From positions 1 to 52,436 of the forward strand of contig CAYWDZ010000002.1 in the NCBI GenBank assembly GCA_964456255.1: a DNA stretch of 52,436 bases, in the 5' to 3' direction. The translations under genes and the position numbers were made by a program. Each line of letters opens with the position of its first letter. Within the stretch, counting starts at the first letter, position 1. Positions 36,498-45,469 of this stretch are shown piece after piece. The notes beneath the pieces were generated by a model. It saw only the letters and a list, made by a program, of their open reading frames with translations. It was not told the origin of the DNA and ran no database searches. Origin of the DNA: an uncultured Steroidobacteraceae bacterium (lineage in GTDB: Bacteria > Pseudomonadota > Gammaproteobacteria > Steroidobacterales > Steroidobacteraceae).

Positions 36498-37693
36498 GGC
36501 GTGGCAGCAGCTTCCGCGGCCTCGCGCACGCGATCGCCGTCGTTCAGGAAGCGCAGTTCACGCGCCGGACCCGTCACGATGCGCGCGCCGGCGTCGATGC
36601 CCTTGATGATGGCAATGAAGGCATCGTCGGCAAGATCGGTCTCGACGATCTTCTTGCTGACGCGACCGTTCTCGACCACGAACACGCTGGCCTCGGCCGG
36701 CTTGTCGCGATCTTCGGAATCCTCGTAGCGCACGGCCTGCACGGGCACCGCCACCACCGGCGTGGAATCGCTCACGCGGGTCTCGATCTCGGCGCGGCAG
36801 CTCATGCCGGTGTGGAACTGCAGCTCGTCCGACGCATCGAGGCGGATCTTGACCGGATAGGTCTTGCCCTGGCCCTGCACCTGGCGCGGCGACACGGCCA
36901 CGGTTTCGACAATGCCGTTCCAGGCCTTGTCGGGAAACGCCGCCGGCACGATCTTGGCAGGCTGGCCCGGCACCACGCGCGCCACGTCGGTCTCATTGAC
37001 GTTCACTTCGGCATAGAGGTTCGACGTATCGGCAATGGTCAGCAGGTCGGAACCCGCGATGCTGGTCGCGCTGGGCACGGCCGTCTCGCCCACCTTGATG
37101 ATCAGCTGCGTAACACGCCCGTTGATTGGTGCGCGCAGCTCGGTCTTCGCCAGCTGCTCGCGCGCCTCCTTCAGCTGCGCCCCGGTCTGCAAGGACATCT
37201 GCTCCGAGCTGCGCAACTCGACCCTGGCCTGGTCGCGCTGTGCGCTCAATTCATCGAAGGTGTTGGCGTCGACCGCACCGCCAGCGCGCAGTGCGTCGTA
37301 GCGCTTCCACTTGGTCTCCAGCATCTCGAGATTCAGGCGCTGCCGGTCGATCGCCAGGCGCGACTGCGCGAGGCTGGCCTCGAGCCGGTCAACCTGGGTC
37401 TGCACCGTGGCCGGGTCCAGCCGCAGCAGGATGTCGCCCTGCTTCACCTTGTCGCCTTCCTCCACGTACAGGGATTTCACGCGGCCCATGACTTCCGATC
37501 CCATGCGGATCTCGGTCTGGTAGGTCAGGCTGCCGGAGGCAAGAATGGTCGGCGTGATGACATGCGTGCCCACCGTCTGCACTTCGACTTCCTTGAGGTC
37601 GCCGCCGCGCATCTTCTTCAGCGCCACCGGCAGAACCAGCAATGCGATGACCACGACGATGATCAGAATCCGAATGATTTTTTTCATGAACAT
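36494..37693 (-). CDS. periplasmic adaptor subunit (MacA / HlyD family)
   Basis: N-terminal TM anchor (KKIIRILIIVVVIALLVL), coiled-coil hairpin region, beta-barrel and MP domains. It overlaps the ATPase gene by 4 nt. Candidate starts are at 37708, 37693 and 37687. Confidence 0.86.
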   Translation of the reverse strand: MFMKKIIRILIIVVVIALLVLPVALKKMRGGDLKEVEVQTVGTHVITPTILASGSLTYQTEIRMGSEVMGRVKSLYVEEGDKVKQGDILLRLDPATVQTQVDRLEASLAQSRLAIDRQRLNLEMLETKWKRYDALRAGGAVDANTFDELSAQRDQARVELRSSEQMSLQTGAQLKEAREQLAKTELRAPINGRVTQLIIKVGETAVPSATSIAGSDLLTIADTSNLYAEVNVNETDVARVVPGQPAKIVPAAFPDKAWNGIVETVAVSPRQVQGQGKTYPVKIRLDASDELQFHTGMSCRAEIETRVSDSTPVVAVPVQAVRYEDSEDRDKPAEASVFVVENGRVSKKIVETDLADDAFIAIIKGIDAGARIVTGPARELRFLNDGDRVREAAEAAATP

Positions 37694-37740
37694 CCCGCTG
37701 CCCGTCAATCCCCTGGGCAGTTGTGGAAATAAGGCGCCTG

Positions 37741-37769
37741 ATACTATATCAGCTACCTGATATCGACAA
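37741..37769 (-). promoter_or_regulatory. candidate sigma70 promoter with overlapping inverted repeats upstream of the macA-like gene
   Basis: On the minus strand: TTGTCG (37769-37764), 17 nt, then TAGTAT (37746-37741). The spacer and -10 carry CTGATA/TATCAG inverted and direct repeats (cCTGATActaTATCAGctacCTGATAtc on the plus strand). Confidence 0.35.
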
Positions 37770-37801
37770 GTGACGCCCCAACAAGAGCGTTACAGGCCCT
37801 G

Positions 37802-38503
37802 CTAGCGGAAGGACAAGAGGGCCCAGCCGCCGTAGATGACAACCCACGGAATGCCCACAAACAGGCCGGTAAACAGCCAGCTGCGGCCCGACCAGACCTT
37901 CACGCCGATCAGCGACAGGATCAGGGTCGCGAGCCCGAACAGGTCGAAGTTGCTGAGCACCGAGTAACCAGGCTCGCCCGCGGTGCGATGGAAGAACAGC
38001 GCATTCAGCGACAGCGTCTTCAGCGCCTCCTGGCGGATCTGCGTGGTCTCGGTCGTGGCGAGCAGAATTGCGGCCGGAATCACCGCCAGCGCGCCGGGCA
38101 CTGCGCACCAGCAGGTGTAGGAGAACCAATGCCGGAAGCTGCGCTCGAATCCCACCATCTTGCCGACCAGGAAGTTGTACAGCGCCGCGACCATCAGGAT
38201 GATCGGAATGATGATTGCGATGGCAACCACGCTGACGCCAATACGCAGTCCACGCTGACCCTGCGCCAGCTGCACCTGCTGCGCAATCTGGTCTTCCGTG
38301 AGATTGCGGGCGAGGACGCTGTTGCGCAGTTGCTCGTCAGCCATCCATCCCAGATCGACCACGCTGAGGTACCAGAACGTTGTCACGAGCGTCGCGATGA
38401 GCAACGCGAGCAACGGCAGCCAGTATCGCGGCCGCTCGGCCAATTCGGCGAAAGCCTTGCGCGGCTCGAATACCAGTGACTGTGCGATCTGCAGGTTATT
38501 CAT
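37802..38503 (-). CDS. Yip1 family membrane protein
   Basis: ATG at 38503 (MNNLQIAQSLVFEPRKAFAELAERPRYWLPLLALLIATLV). Five predicted TM segments. The start overlaps the SDR stop by 4 nt. Track ORF 37802..39145 is an out-of-gene extension. Confidence 0.7.
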   Translation of the reverse strand: MNNLQIAQSLVFEPRKAFAELAERPRYWLPLLALLIATLVTTFWYLSVVDLGWMADEQLRNSVLARNLTEDQIAQQVQLAQGQRGLRIGVSVVAIAIIIPIILMVAALYNFLVGKMVGFERSFRHWFSYTCWCAVPGALAVIPAAILLATTETTQIRQEALKTLSLNALFFHRTAGEPGYSVLSNFDLFGLATLILSLIGVKVWSGRSWLFTGLFVGIPWVVIYGGWALLSFR

Positions 38504-39486
38504 TTGCGTCTCCCTGATTTTCCCTTGCTGGCCAACTTTGGTTTCCGGAGCAGCCCCTTCTTCGCCAGCTCCGCGGCATAGATATCCGGCGTGATCGTGG
38601 CCGTTGCCTCGCGCCTGGCCTTCGGCACCGGCTTCTTCGAAAACGAGGCCAGTTGCAGCGTCACGCGCTGGCGCACCACCGGCTCGAATTCCGGATGCGT
38701 GAGGATGTACAGATCGTTGCGGCGGATGCCGGCCAGCACCTGCCGGCCGGCCTCCAGCGGATCCATCGCGACCGCCATGATGTCGATGGGCTTTGCGCCC
38801 GACTTCAATGGCGGCGGCCTGGGCGGCTCGCGCGTCGCCACGCCGTGTGCGGCGGGCCGGTTGCGCTCGATGTCGAAGATGCTGGATTTCACCAGGCCCG
38901 GGCAGAACACCGACACACCGATGTTGCGCCCCTCCACCTCGGTGCGCAGCGATTCCATCATGCCGACCACCGCGAACTTGGCCGTCGCATAGACCCCCAG
39001 CGTGCCGGCGACGATGCCGGCCGAAGAAGAGGTGGCCACGAAATGCCCACCCTCGCCATGCGCAAGCATCCGTGGCAGGAAGGTGCGCACGCCGTTGAAG
39101 ATGCCGTTCACGTTCACATCCAGCGACCAGTCCCAGTCCTGCCACGACACATTGGACAGCAGCGCCGGAATGCCGACCCCGGCGTTGTTGACCACCAGGT
39201 GCACGTTGCCAAACACGCGCTCGACCTCATCGGCGGCGTGCGGCATGCGCTCGCGGTCTGTGGTATCGAGCCGGACGGCATGCACACCCGGATTGTTCTT
39301 CGGAAAGGATGCCAGCGCCGCATCGCGATGCGCGTCGTTCTTGTAGGTGAAGGCCACCTTCATGCCGGCATCCGACAGCACGCGCGCCATGCCGAGGCCA
39401 ATGCCGCTGGAGCCGCCCGTGATGAAGGCGGTCTTGCCCTTCACATTGGCGAGCGGCTGCTGCACCTTCGGAATGTGCCCTGACAT
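38500..39486 (-). CDS. SDR family oxidoreductase
   Basis: TAFITGGSSGIGLG (TGxxxGxG), NNAG, and catalytic YATAKFAV (YxxxK). It has a long basic C-terminal tail. Confidence 0.86.
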   Translation of the reverse strand: MSGHIPKVQQPLANVKGKTAFITGGSSGIGLGMARVLSDAGMKVAFTYKNDAHRDAALASFPKNNPGVHAVRLDTTDRERMPHAADEVERVFGNVHLVVNNAGVGIPALLSNVSWQDWDWSLDVNVNGIFNGVRTFLPRMLAHGEGGHFVATSSSAGIVAGTLGVYATAKFAVVGMMESLRTEVEGRNIGVSVFCPGLVKSSIFDIERNRPAAHGVATREPPRPPPLKSGAKPIDIMAVAMDPLEAGRQVLAGIRRNDLYILTHPEFEPVVRQRVTLQLASFSKKPVPKARREATATITPDIYAAELAKKGLLRKPKLASKGKSGRRK

Positions 39487-39569
39487 GGATACCCCGGGAT
39501 CAATTGCTGGCGGTCAAGGCGCGCAAGCTTAGCGCGATTGCCGGCCAGGGGCGCGGCCCTGCAGGCAGA

Positions 39570-40562
39570 TCAGGCCTTCGTGGCCTGTACCAGCCCCGTC
39601 ATGCCGTTCAGATCGCGGGCGCTGGCGAGCTTGAACCCGCCCTGCTCCACCACGTTGCGCCATTGGGCTTCGGTACGCTCGCGCCCAACTGCAAAGGCGA
39701 GCATCTCGATATCGAGATCAATGGCAAAGCCACGCAGGTTCGCTTCATTGATGACCGCCTCCACCAGCAGCAGTCGCGCACCGGCGGGTGCGGACCTCGC
39801 GATGTTGCGCAGGATGGCCATGGATTCTTCATCCGACCAGTCGTGCAGCACCATCATCATCACGTACAGGTCGCAGGGCGGAATATCGTTGCGGAAGAAA
39901 TCACCGCCGACGTAGTGGATGCGCTCGTGCGGCGTCGCGCGCGCCTGCGCGATGACTTCCGGAAGCTCGAAGAGCACACCACGCGCTGCCGGCGCGGCGC
40001 CCAGGATCGCCTTGAGCAGGTGACCGGTGCCGCCGCCGATATCGCCGATGGTCTTGAAGGCAGTGAAGTCGAAGTTCGCAAGCACCGGCCCGATCATCCC
40101 GACCGACTTTCCAGCCATCGCCTCATTGAAGATGCGGCCATGTTCCGGATTCTGGTTGAGCCGGGGAAACAACCCCTCCGGAATCACCAGCTCGGAAGCC
40201 GACTTGCCGGTCTTCAGGCTGTGCATCATTTCCCGGTAGCAGTCCCAGTGGAAATCCAGACCCATCATCCGCGCCAGACCACGCAGCGAGGGCTCAGAAT
40301 CCGAACGCAGGAGGCGGGACGCGGCATTGTGGGAAAACCTGCCACCCTGCAGCGTGAAGATGCCGCGGGCAACCAGCGGCCTCAGGATGCGATGCAGTGC
40401 ATCGGCATTGGTGCCGGTCTTCGCGGCCAGTTCAGCCGCAGACAGGGGCGCATCGCCGAGTGCATCGGCGATGCCGGCTTCTGCTATCACATGCAGGCAG
40501 CGCGATGCCCAGTAGGCCGTGGCCAAACCCAGGATGGATTCGGCCGGATTTGTTTCGCCCAT
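39570..40562 (-). CDS. class I SAM-dependent O-methyltransferase (dimerisation domain plus Methyltransf_2 type)
   Basis: 330 aa. N-terminal winged-helix dimerisation segment, SAM motif IGDIGGGTGHLL, and C-terminal VLHDWSDEE, typical of COMT/hydroxyneurosporene-type OMTs. Confidence 0.8.
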   Translation of the reverse strand: MGETNPAESILGLATAYWASRCLHVIAEAGIADALGDAPLSAAELAAKTGTNADALHRILRPLVARGIFTLQGGRFSHNAASRLLRSDSEPSLRGLARMMGLDFHWDCYREMMHSLKTGKSASELVIPEGLFPRLNQNPEHGRIFNEAMAGKSVGMIGPVLANFDFTAFKTIGDIGGGTGHLLKAILGAAPAARGVLFELPEVIAQARATPHERIHYVGGDFFRNDIPPCDLYVMMMVLHDWSDEESMAILRNIARSAPAGARLLLVEAVINEANLRGFAIDLDIEMLAFAVGRERTEAQWRNVVEQGGFKLASARDLNGMTGLVQATKA

Positions 40563-40708
40563 TACGCCCCCGGCTGGTTCTTGTTGGCGCGAATCTAGCA
40601 GATCGGCAGAAGCCCGCCTGCTACTCCCGGCGCATGGATTCCGCGTAGAATCCGGGGCGTCTCAAGCCGGCCGCTCGGGGCCAGTGTGGGGCCGCATCCT
40701 TGCCGGTC

Positions 40709-40782
40709 GCGGGTGTAGTTCAATGGTAGAACTGCAGCTTCCCAAGCTGCTAACGTGGGTTCGATTCCCATCACCCGCTCCA
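40709..40782 (+). tRNA. tRNA-Gly (CCC)
   Basis: GCGGGTGTAGTTCAATGGTAGAACTGCAGCTTCCCAAGCTGCTAACGTGGGTTCGATTCCCATCACCCGCTCCA. Cloverleaf with anticodon loop TTCCCAA. CCA is encoded. Confidence 0.96.
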
Positions 40783-40799
40783 CTTCTTTCGAAAGCGCT

Positions 40800-41747
40800 C
40801 TAGGCTCCAGCGCGATCCAGTGCGGAAATTTCTGCAGGCTCCAGTTTCAACCGAGTCGAACGGATCAGACTCTGCATCTGTTCGAGGCTGGTTGCGCTGG
40901 CGATCGGCGCGGTAACGCCCTTGCTGGCGATCAGCCATGCCAATGCGACTTCGGCCGGCTGCGCACCATGCGCGGCCGCGACACGATCCAGCGCCGCCAG
41001 AATCGCCAAGCCGCGCGGATTGAGGAAGCTGCCCATGCCGCGGCCGCGCGCACTCTTGCCGAGGTCCTCCGCGCTGCGATACTTGCCGGTCAGGAAGCCG
41101 CTGGCGAGGCTGAAGTAGGTGATCACGCCGAGACCCTCGCGGATCGCCAGATCGCGCAGCGCACCTTCGTAGCTGTCGCGGTTGTACAGGTTGTAGTGCG
41201 GCTGCAGCACTTCGTAGCGCGGCAGGCCCTTGCCTGCCGAGATCCGCAGCGCCGCACCCAGCTGATCGGCCGTGTGGTTCGAAGCGCCGATGTAGCGCAC
41301 CTTGCCCGCCTCGACCAGCCGCTCGTAGGCGCGCAGCGTTTCCTCGATGGGAACCTGCTCGTCGAATTGATGCGAGAAATACAGGTCGATGCGATCGGTG
41401 CGCAACCGGCGCAGTGATTCCTCCACCTCGCTCTGGATCCACGCGGCCGAAAGCCCCTTGCGGCCCGGCCCCATCGTCATGCCGACCTTGGTGATGAGCA
41501 CGATGCGATCGCGATTGCCTCTTGCGGCCATCCAGTCGCCAATGATGGTCTCGGATTCGCCGCCCTTGTGGCCTGGCACCCAGACGGAATAGACATCCGC
41601 GGTGTCGATGGCTTCGAAGCCCGCCTCGACAAAGCGATCCAGCAGCGCGAATGAAGTGCCCCGATCGGCGGTCCAGCCAAAGACATTGCCGCCGAATACC
41701 AGCGGCGCAATGGCGAGCTCAGTATTTCCGAGCCGGCGCTTGCTCAT
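40800..41747 (-). CDS. aldo/keto reductase
   Basis: 315 aa. Motifs: IDTADVYS, LITKVG, DLYFSHQFD, RYIGASN, typical of the AKR11/Tas-like group. Confidence 0.86.
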   Translation of the reverse strand: MSKRRLGNTELAIAPLVFGGNVFGWTADRGTSFALLDRFVEAGFEAIDTADVYSVWVPGHKGGESETIIGDWMAARGNRDRIVLITKVGMTMGPGRKGLSAAWIQSEVEESLRRLRTDRIDLYFSHQFDEQVPIEETLRAYERLVEAGKVRYIGASNHTADQLGAALRISAGKGLPRYEVLQPHYNLYNRDSYEGALRDLAIREGLGVITYFSLASGFLTGKYRSAEDLGKSARGRGMGSFLNPRGLAILAALDRVAAAHGAQPAEVALAWLIASKGVTAPIASATSLEQMQSLIRSTRLKLEPAEISALDRAGA

Positions 41748-41753
41748 GGCGCC

Positions 41754-42887
41754 TCAGCCTGCGCCCACCTTGTCCAGCGCCGCCGCGAGATTGGCCACGG
41801 CGCGATCCACGTCGTACCACTTGTCCAGACCAAAGAGCCCGATGCGGAAAGTGCGGAAGTCCGCCCCCTCGCCGCACTTGAGCGGAACACCCGACGCGGA
41901 CTGCACGCCGGCAGCAATGAACTTCCTGCCGCTCTGGATATCCGGATCGGTGGTGTAGCTGACCACGACGCCGGGCGCCTGGAAACCTGCGGCGGCCACG
42001 CTGGGGAAACCACGCGACTCGAGCAACGCACGAACCTTGGCCCCGAGCTCGACCTGCGCGGCCTGCAGCTTCTCCAAGCCGAAGCCTCGCGCCTCGAGCA
42101 TCGTGTCGCGCAGTTTCACGAGTCCGTCTGTGGGCATGGTGGCGTGATAGGAGTGCTGACCCTTCTCGTAGCCTTCGGCGATCTCCATCCATTTCTTCAG
42201 GTCGGCCGCGAAGGAAGAACTCGAGGTCGCATCGATGGCCGCGCGCGCGCGCGCGCCCAGCATCACCATCGCGCAGCAGGGCGTGCTGCTCCAGCCCTTT
42301 TGCGGCGCGGAGATCAGCACATCGACGTTGCACGCCTTCATGTCCACCCATACCGCGCCGGAGGCGATGCAGTCGAGCACGAACAGTGCGCCCACCTCGC
42401 GCGCCGCGGCGCCGACCGCACGCAGGTAGTCATCCGGGAGAATCAGGCCGGCGGAAGTTTCCACATGCGGCGCGAACACGATCCTGGGCTTCTCCGCGCG
42501 AATGGCGGCAACCACTTCATCGACCGGACACGGCACCCATGGCGCCTGCGCTCCGCTGCCCTGCTGGCGCGCCTGGCACACCACGGTGCCGCTGCCCAGC
42601 CCACCCATGTCGAAGATCTGGGTCCAGCGGAAGCTGAACCAGCCATTGCGCAGGATGAGTACCTTTTCGCGATTGGCGAACTGGCGCGCCACCGCCTCCA
42701 TACCGAATGTGCCGCTGCCCGGCACGATCACCGCGGTGTGCGCGCCGTAGACGCTCTTCAGCGTGGCCAGGATGTCCTGCATCACGCCGACAAAGCGCCG
42801 GGACATGTGGTTCAGCGCGCGGTCGGTATAGACCACCGAATATTCAAGCAGTCCGTCCGAATCGACGTCTGGTACAAGGCCGGCCAT
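41754..42887 (-). CDS. class V aminotransferase (alanine/serine-glyoxylate aminotransferase family)
   Basis: 377 aa. The PLP-Lys region is ISAPQKGWS. The overall pattern fits class-V fold-type I enzymes. Confidence 0.78.
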   Translation of the reverse strand: MAGLVPDVDSDGLLEYSVVYTDRALNHMSRRFVGVMQDILATLKSVYGAHTAVIVPGSGTFGMEAVARQFANREKVLILRNGWFSFRWTQIFDMGGLGSGTVVCQARQQGSGAQAPWVPCPVDEVVAAIRAEKPRIVFAPHVETSAGLILPDDYLRAVGAAAREVGALFVLDCIASGAVWVDMKACNVDVLISAPQKGWSSTPCCAMVMLGARARAAIDATSSSSFAADLKKWMEIAEGYEKGQHSYHATMPTDGLVKLRDTMLEARGFGLEKLQAAQVELGAKVRALLESRGFPSVAAAGFQAPGVVVSYTTDPDIQSGRKFIAAGVQSASGVPLKCGEGADFRTFRIGLFGLDKWYDVDRAVANLAAALDKVGAG

Positions 42888-42970
42888 GGGATCTCCGTCA
42901 GGGGTCGGCCGAGCCTATCACGAGGCCCCCACCGGGAGCCCCGCAAGAACTCATGCAGTTTGCGTCAGCG

Positions 42971-44650
42971 TCAGTAGATGATGCCGTTACGCTTCGCAAA
43001 GCTGTCCCACTCGGCCTGCAGCGCCGAGAATTCCCGGGGATTGTCCCTGGCCACGTCGTGCTGCTCTTCGAAGTCGGCGGCCATGTTGAACAGTTGCCAG
43101 TGGCGATCATCCTTGGGCAGTGCCTGGTCCCAGACGATCTTCCAGTTGCCCTGACGTATGCCCCGGTGACCGGACAGCTCCCAACCGAATACTTCGTCTG
43201 CCGGATGCACGGACTTCGCCGCACCCAGCAGCACCGGCATCAGCGACACGCCCTGCGGCAGCAGCACATCTTGTCCCTTGTAGCTGGCACCCGGATGCTG
43301 CGTGCCAGCCAGCGACAGGAAGGTCGGCAGGAGGTCCCTGACCGTCCCCATTGCATCACTGCGACTGCCCGCCGCGATCTTGCCCGGATACAAAGCAAAG
43401 GCCGGCACGTGCACGCCACCTTCGAAGGCGGTGAACTTGTGACGATTGAACGGGGTTGCGCCCGCACTGGCCCAATTGGCGCCGTACATCACGTAGGACG
43501 TGGCGCTGCCCAGGTTGTCCAGACTGTGGTCGTACTCCTTGCCGACGTGATCCTGGATGTTCTTTGCCAGGTCGCGCCGCCCGGATTCCGCGCCGTTGTC
43601 GGACGAGAAGATGATGAAGGTGTTTTCGTATTCACCGATCTGCTTCAGGTAGTCGATGAACTGCCCGACATAGGTGTCCATGTCGCTGACCATCGCGGCA
43701 TAGATTTCCATGTGCCGTGCTTCGACCTTCTTCTGGTCCGCCGTCAGCTCGCTCCAGCGCGGCTTGAAGCGTGAGTTGTCGATGGGCTGCGCGTCCCTGG
43801 GCACGAGGCCCAGCTCCTTCTGCCGGGCAAAGCGCTTCGCGTACAGAACCTCGTAGCCCTCGTCGTACCAGCCCTTGAATTTCGCGATGGATTCCTTCGG
43901 CGCCTGGAGCGGCCAGTGCGGCGCGGTGTACGCGAGGTAGGCAAAGAATGGCTTGCCTTCGGCGCGATCCTGCTCGATGTAGCCGATCATCTTCTTCGTG
44001 TAGTCGCGCGTGGTGTACCAGTCGTCACCCACTTGCACCACCTGGTCGTCATCCCAGTAGTTCGAAGGCTGGGGCCCGCGCCAGTCCCAGCCGCCGAGGT
44101 GGGCCGCGCCGTCGAACGAGGCGAATGCATGCTTGAAGCCGCGCGCATGCGGACCGGTCTCAACCTTCTCACCGTCGCTGAGGTGCCACTTGCCGATCAT
44201 GTACGTGTTGTATCCGGCGTCGCTCAGCAGCGCGGGCAACGGGGCGACCCGAAAATTCAGGTACCCCTCATAGCCGGGCTGCCCCTTCTGGTCATCACGC
44301 GTGGGCTTGCCCATGACGCCCAGACCGGCCAGGTGACTGTCCGTGCCAGACAGGATCATCGCGCGCGTCGGAGAACAGGTCATGGTCGCGTAGAAGTTCG
44401 TCAGCAGCATGCCGTCGCGGGCCAGCTGATCGAGATTTGGCGTGGGAATCTCGCCGCCAAATGCGCCGAGATCGCCATAGCCCAGATCGTCCGCCAGGAT
44501 GTAGACGATGTTGGGGCGCTTGGCGACAGCCGCTTCCTCGTCACCGGAGCGCGACTTGCATGCCGTCAGCGAAAGGGCCGCCAGCAGGACAATGCCGGAT
44601 CCAACAACCACTCGATTCAACGATGCGTTGACTGCACGGATTCGGCTCAC
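42971..44650 (-). CDS. arylsulfatase (Cys-type), lipoprotein signal
   Basis: Sulfatase signature ATMTCSPTRAMILSG (CxPxR) and NIVYILADDLGYGD. GTG at 44650 follows GGGGGAAG, and the signal ends LSLTAC. An ATG at 44716 is an alternative start. Confidence 0.85.
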   Translation of the reverse strand: MSRIRAVNASLNRVVVGSGIVLLAALSLTACKSRSGDEEAAVAKRPNIVYILADDLGYGDLGAFGGEIPTPNLDQLARDGMLLTNFYATMTCSPTRAMILSGTDSHLAGLGVMGKPTRDDQKGQPGYEGYLNFRVAPLPALLSDAGYNTYMIGKWHLSDGEKVETGPHARGFKHAFASFDGAAHLGGWDWRGPQPSNYWDDDQVVQVGDDWYTTRDYTKKMIGYIEQDRAEGKPFFAYLAYTAPHWPLQAPKESIAKFKGWYDEGYEVLYAKRFARQKELGLVPRDAQPIDNSRFKPRWSELTADQKKVEARHMEIYAAMVSDMDTYVGQFIDYLKQIGEYENTFIIFSSDNGAESGRRDLAKNIQDHVGKEYDHSLDNLGSATSYVMYGANWASAGATPFNRHKFTAFEGGVHVPAFALYPGKIAAGSRSDAMGTVRDLLPTFLSLAGTQHPGASYKGQDVLLPQGVSLMPVLLGAAKSVHPADEVFGWELSGHRGIRQGNWKIVWDQALPKDDRHWQLFNMAADFEEQHDVARDNPREFSALQAEWDSFAKRNGIIY

Positions 44651-44789
44651 GGCTTCCCCCAACTGGTCGTTCTTGATGTTGCTGATCCCGCGAACCGGAA
44701 AAACCGTGCAGTGCATGCAGATGGCGCCGGTTCAGGGCCGCGAGAATATAGCAGGGAACCCCGGCAGGATTGGCGGCAATGCCGCCCCG

Positions 44790-45395
44790 CTATCCGAATA
44801 CGATTCGCAACGCCCTCGACCATGCCGCCGGGTCGGTAATCGCCACGAATACCAGGCCTGCCAGCGCGCCGGCGAAATGCGCATCATGGTTGATGCGTCC
44901 GCGATTCTGCCGCGCGGACCACCATGTATAGGCCAGATAGGCCACCGCGAACAGCGGCGCCGGGATGCCTATCGGGATGAAGAACATGGAAATCCTGAGC
45001 GTCGGAAAGTAGACGATCGCGGCGAACAGCACCGCCGAAATGGCCCCCGAAGCGCCCAGCGTGGCGTATTGCGGGTCGTTGCGGTGCTTGAAGTAGGTAC
45101 CCAGCTCGCTCAGCAGCAGCCCCGCCGCATACAGCACCACGAACTTCGGCGTGCCAATCCGCCCCTCCAGCAGCGTTGCGCCAAAGAAGTAGAACGTGAC
45201 CATGTTGAACAGCAGGTGCGCCAGATCGGCGTGCGCGAACGCGCTGGAGATGATGGTGTGGCGATTGTGGCCACGCGCGAATTCGTATGGCCTGAATACC
45301 AGGCGCTGCAGCAGGGCCGGATTGCCGAGCGCAATCAGGCCCAGGCCGATATTGATGGCCAGGATGACAAGTGAAGCGGGGCCCATTCCCAACAT
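44790..45395 (-). CDS. rhomboid family intramembrane serine protease (short, about 200 aa)
   Basis: Six-TM core with HLLFN (TM2), catalytic GASGAI (TM4) and HFAGALAG (TM6). Confidence 0.82.
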   Translation of the reverse strand: MLGMGPASLVILAINIGLGLIALGNPALLQRLVFRPYEFARGHNRHTIISSAFAHADLAHLLFNMVTFYFFGATLLEGRIGTPKFVVLYAAGLLLSELGTYFKHRNDPQYATLGASGAISAVLFAAIVYFPTLRISMFFIPIGIPAPLFAVAYLAYTWWSARQNRGRINHDAHFAGALAGLVFVAITDPAAWSRALRIVFG

Positions 45396-45469
45396 GGCAA
45401 ACAGTCTAGGGCACCGGGCCCTGGATCACTAGAATTGCCTCCCCTGCCACGCTTCCTGGAAGTGCATCC

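Noticed and set aside
38504-39145. Upstream extension of the Yip1 ORF (track 37802..39145). The extension of the MarC ORF (49993..50517) is the same kind of case.
   Set aside because: The extensions overlap the SDR gene and the acidic-protein gene in other frames or strands, and they have shadow-like composition. Family-typical N-termini begin at the internal ATGs at 38503 and 49992.
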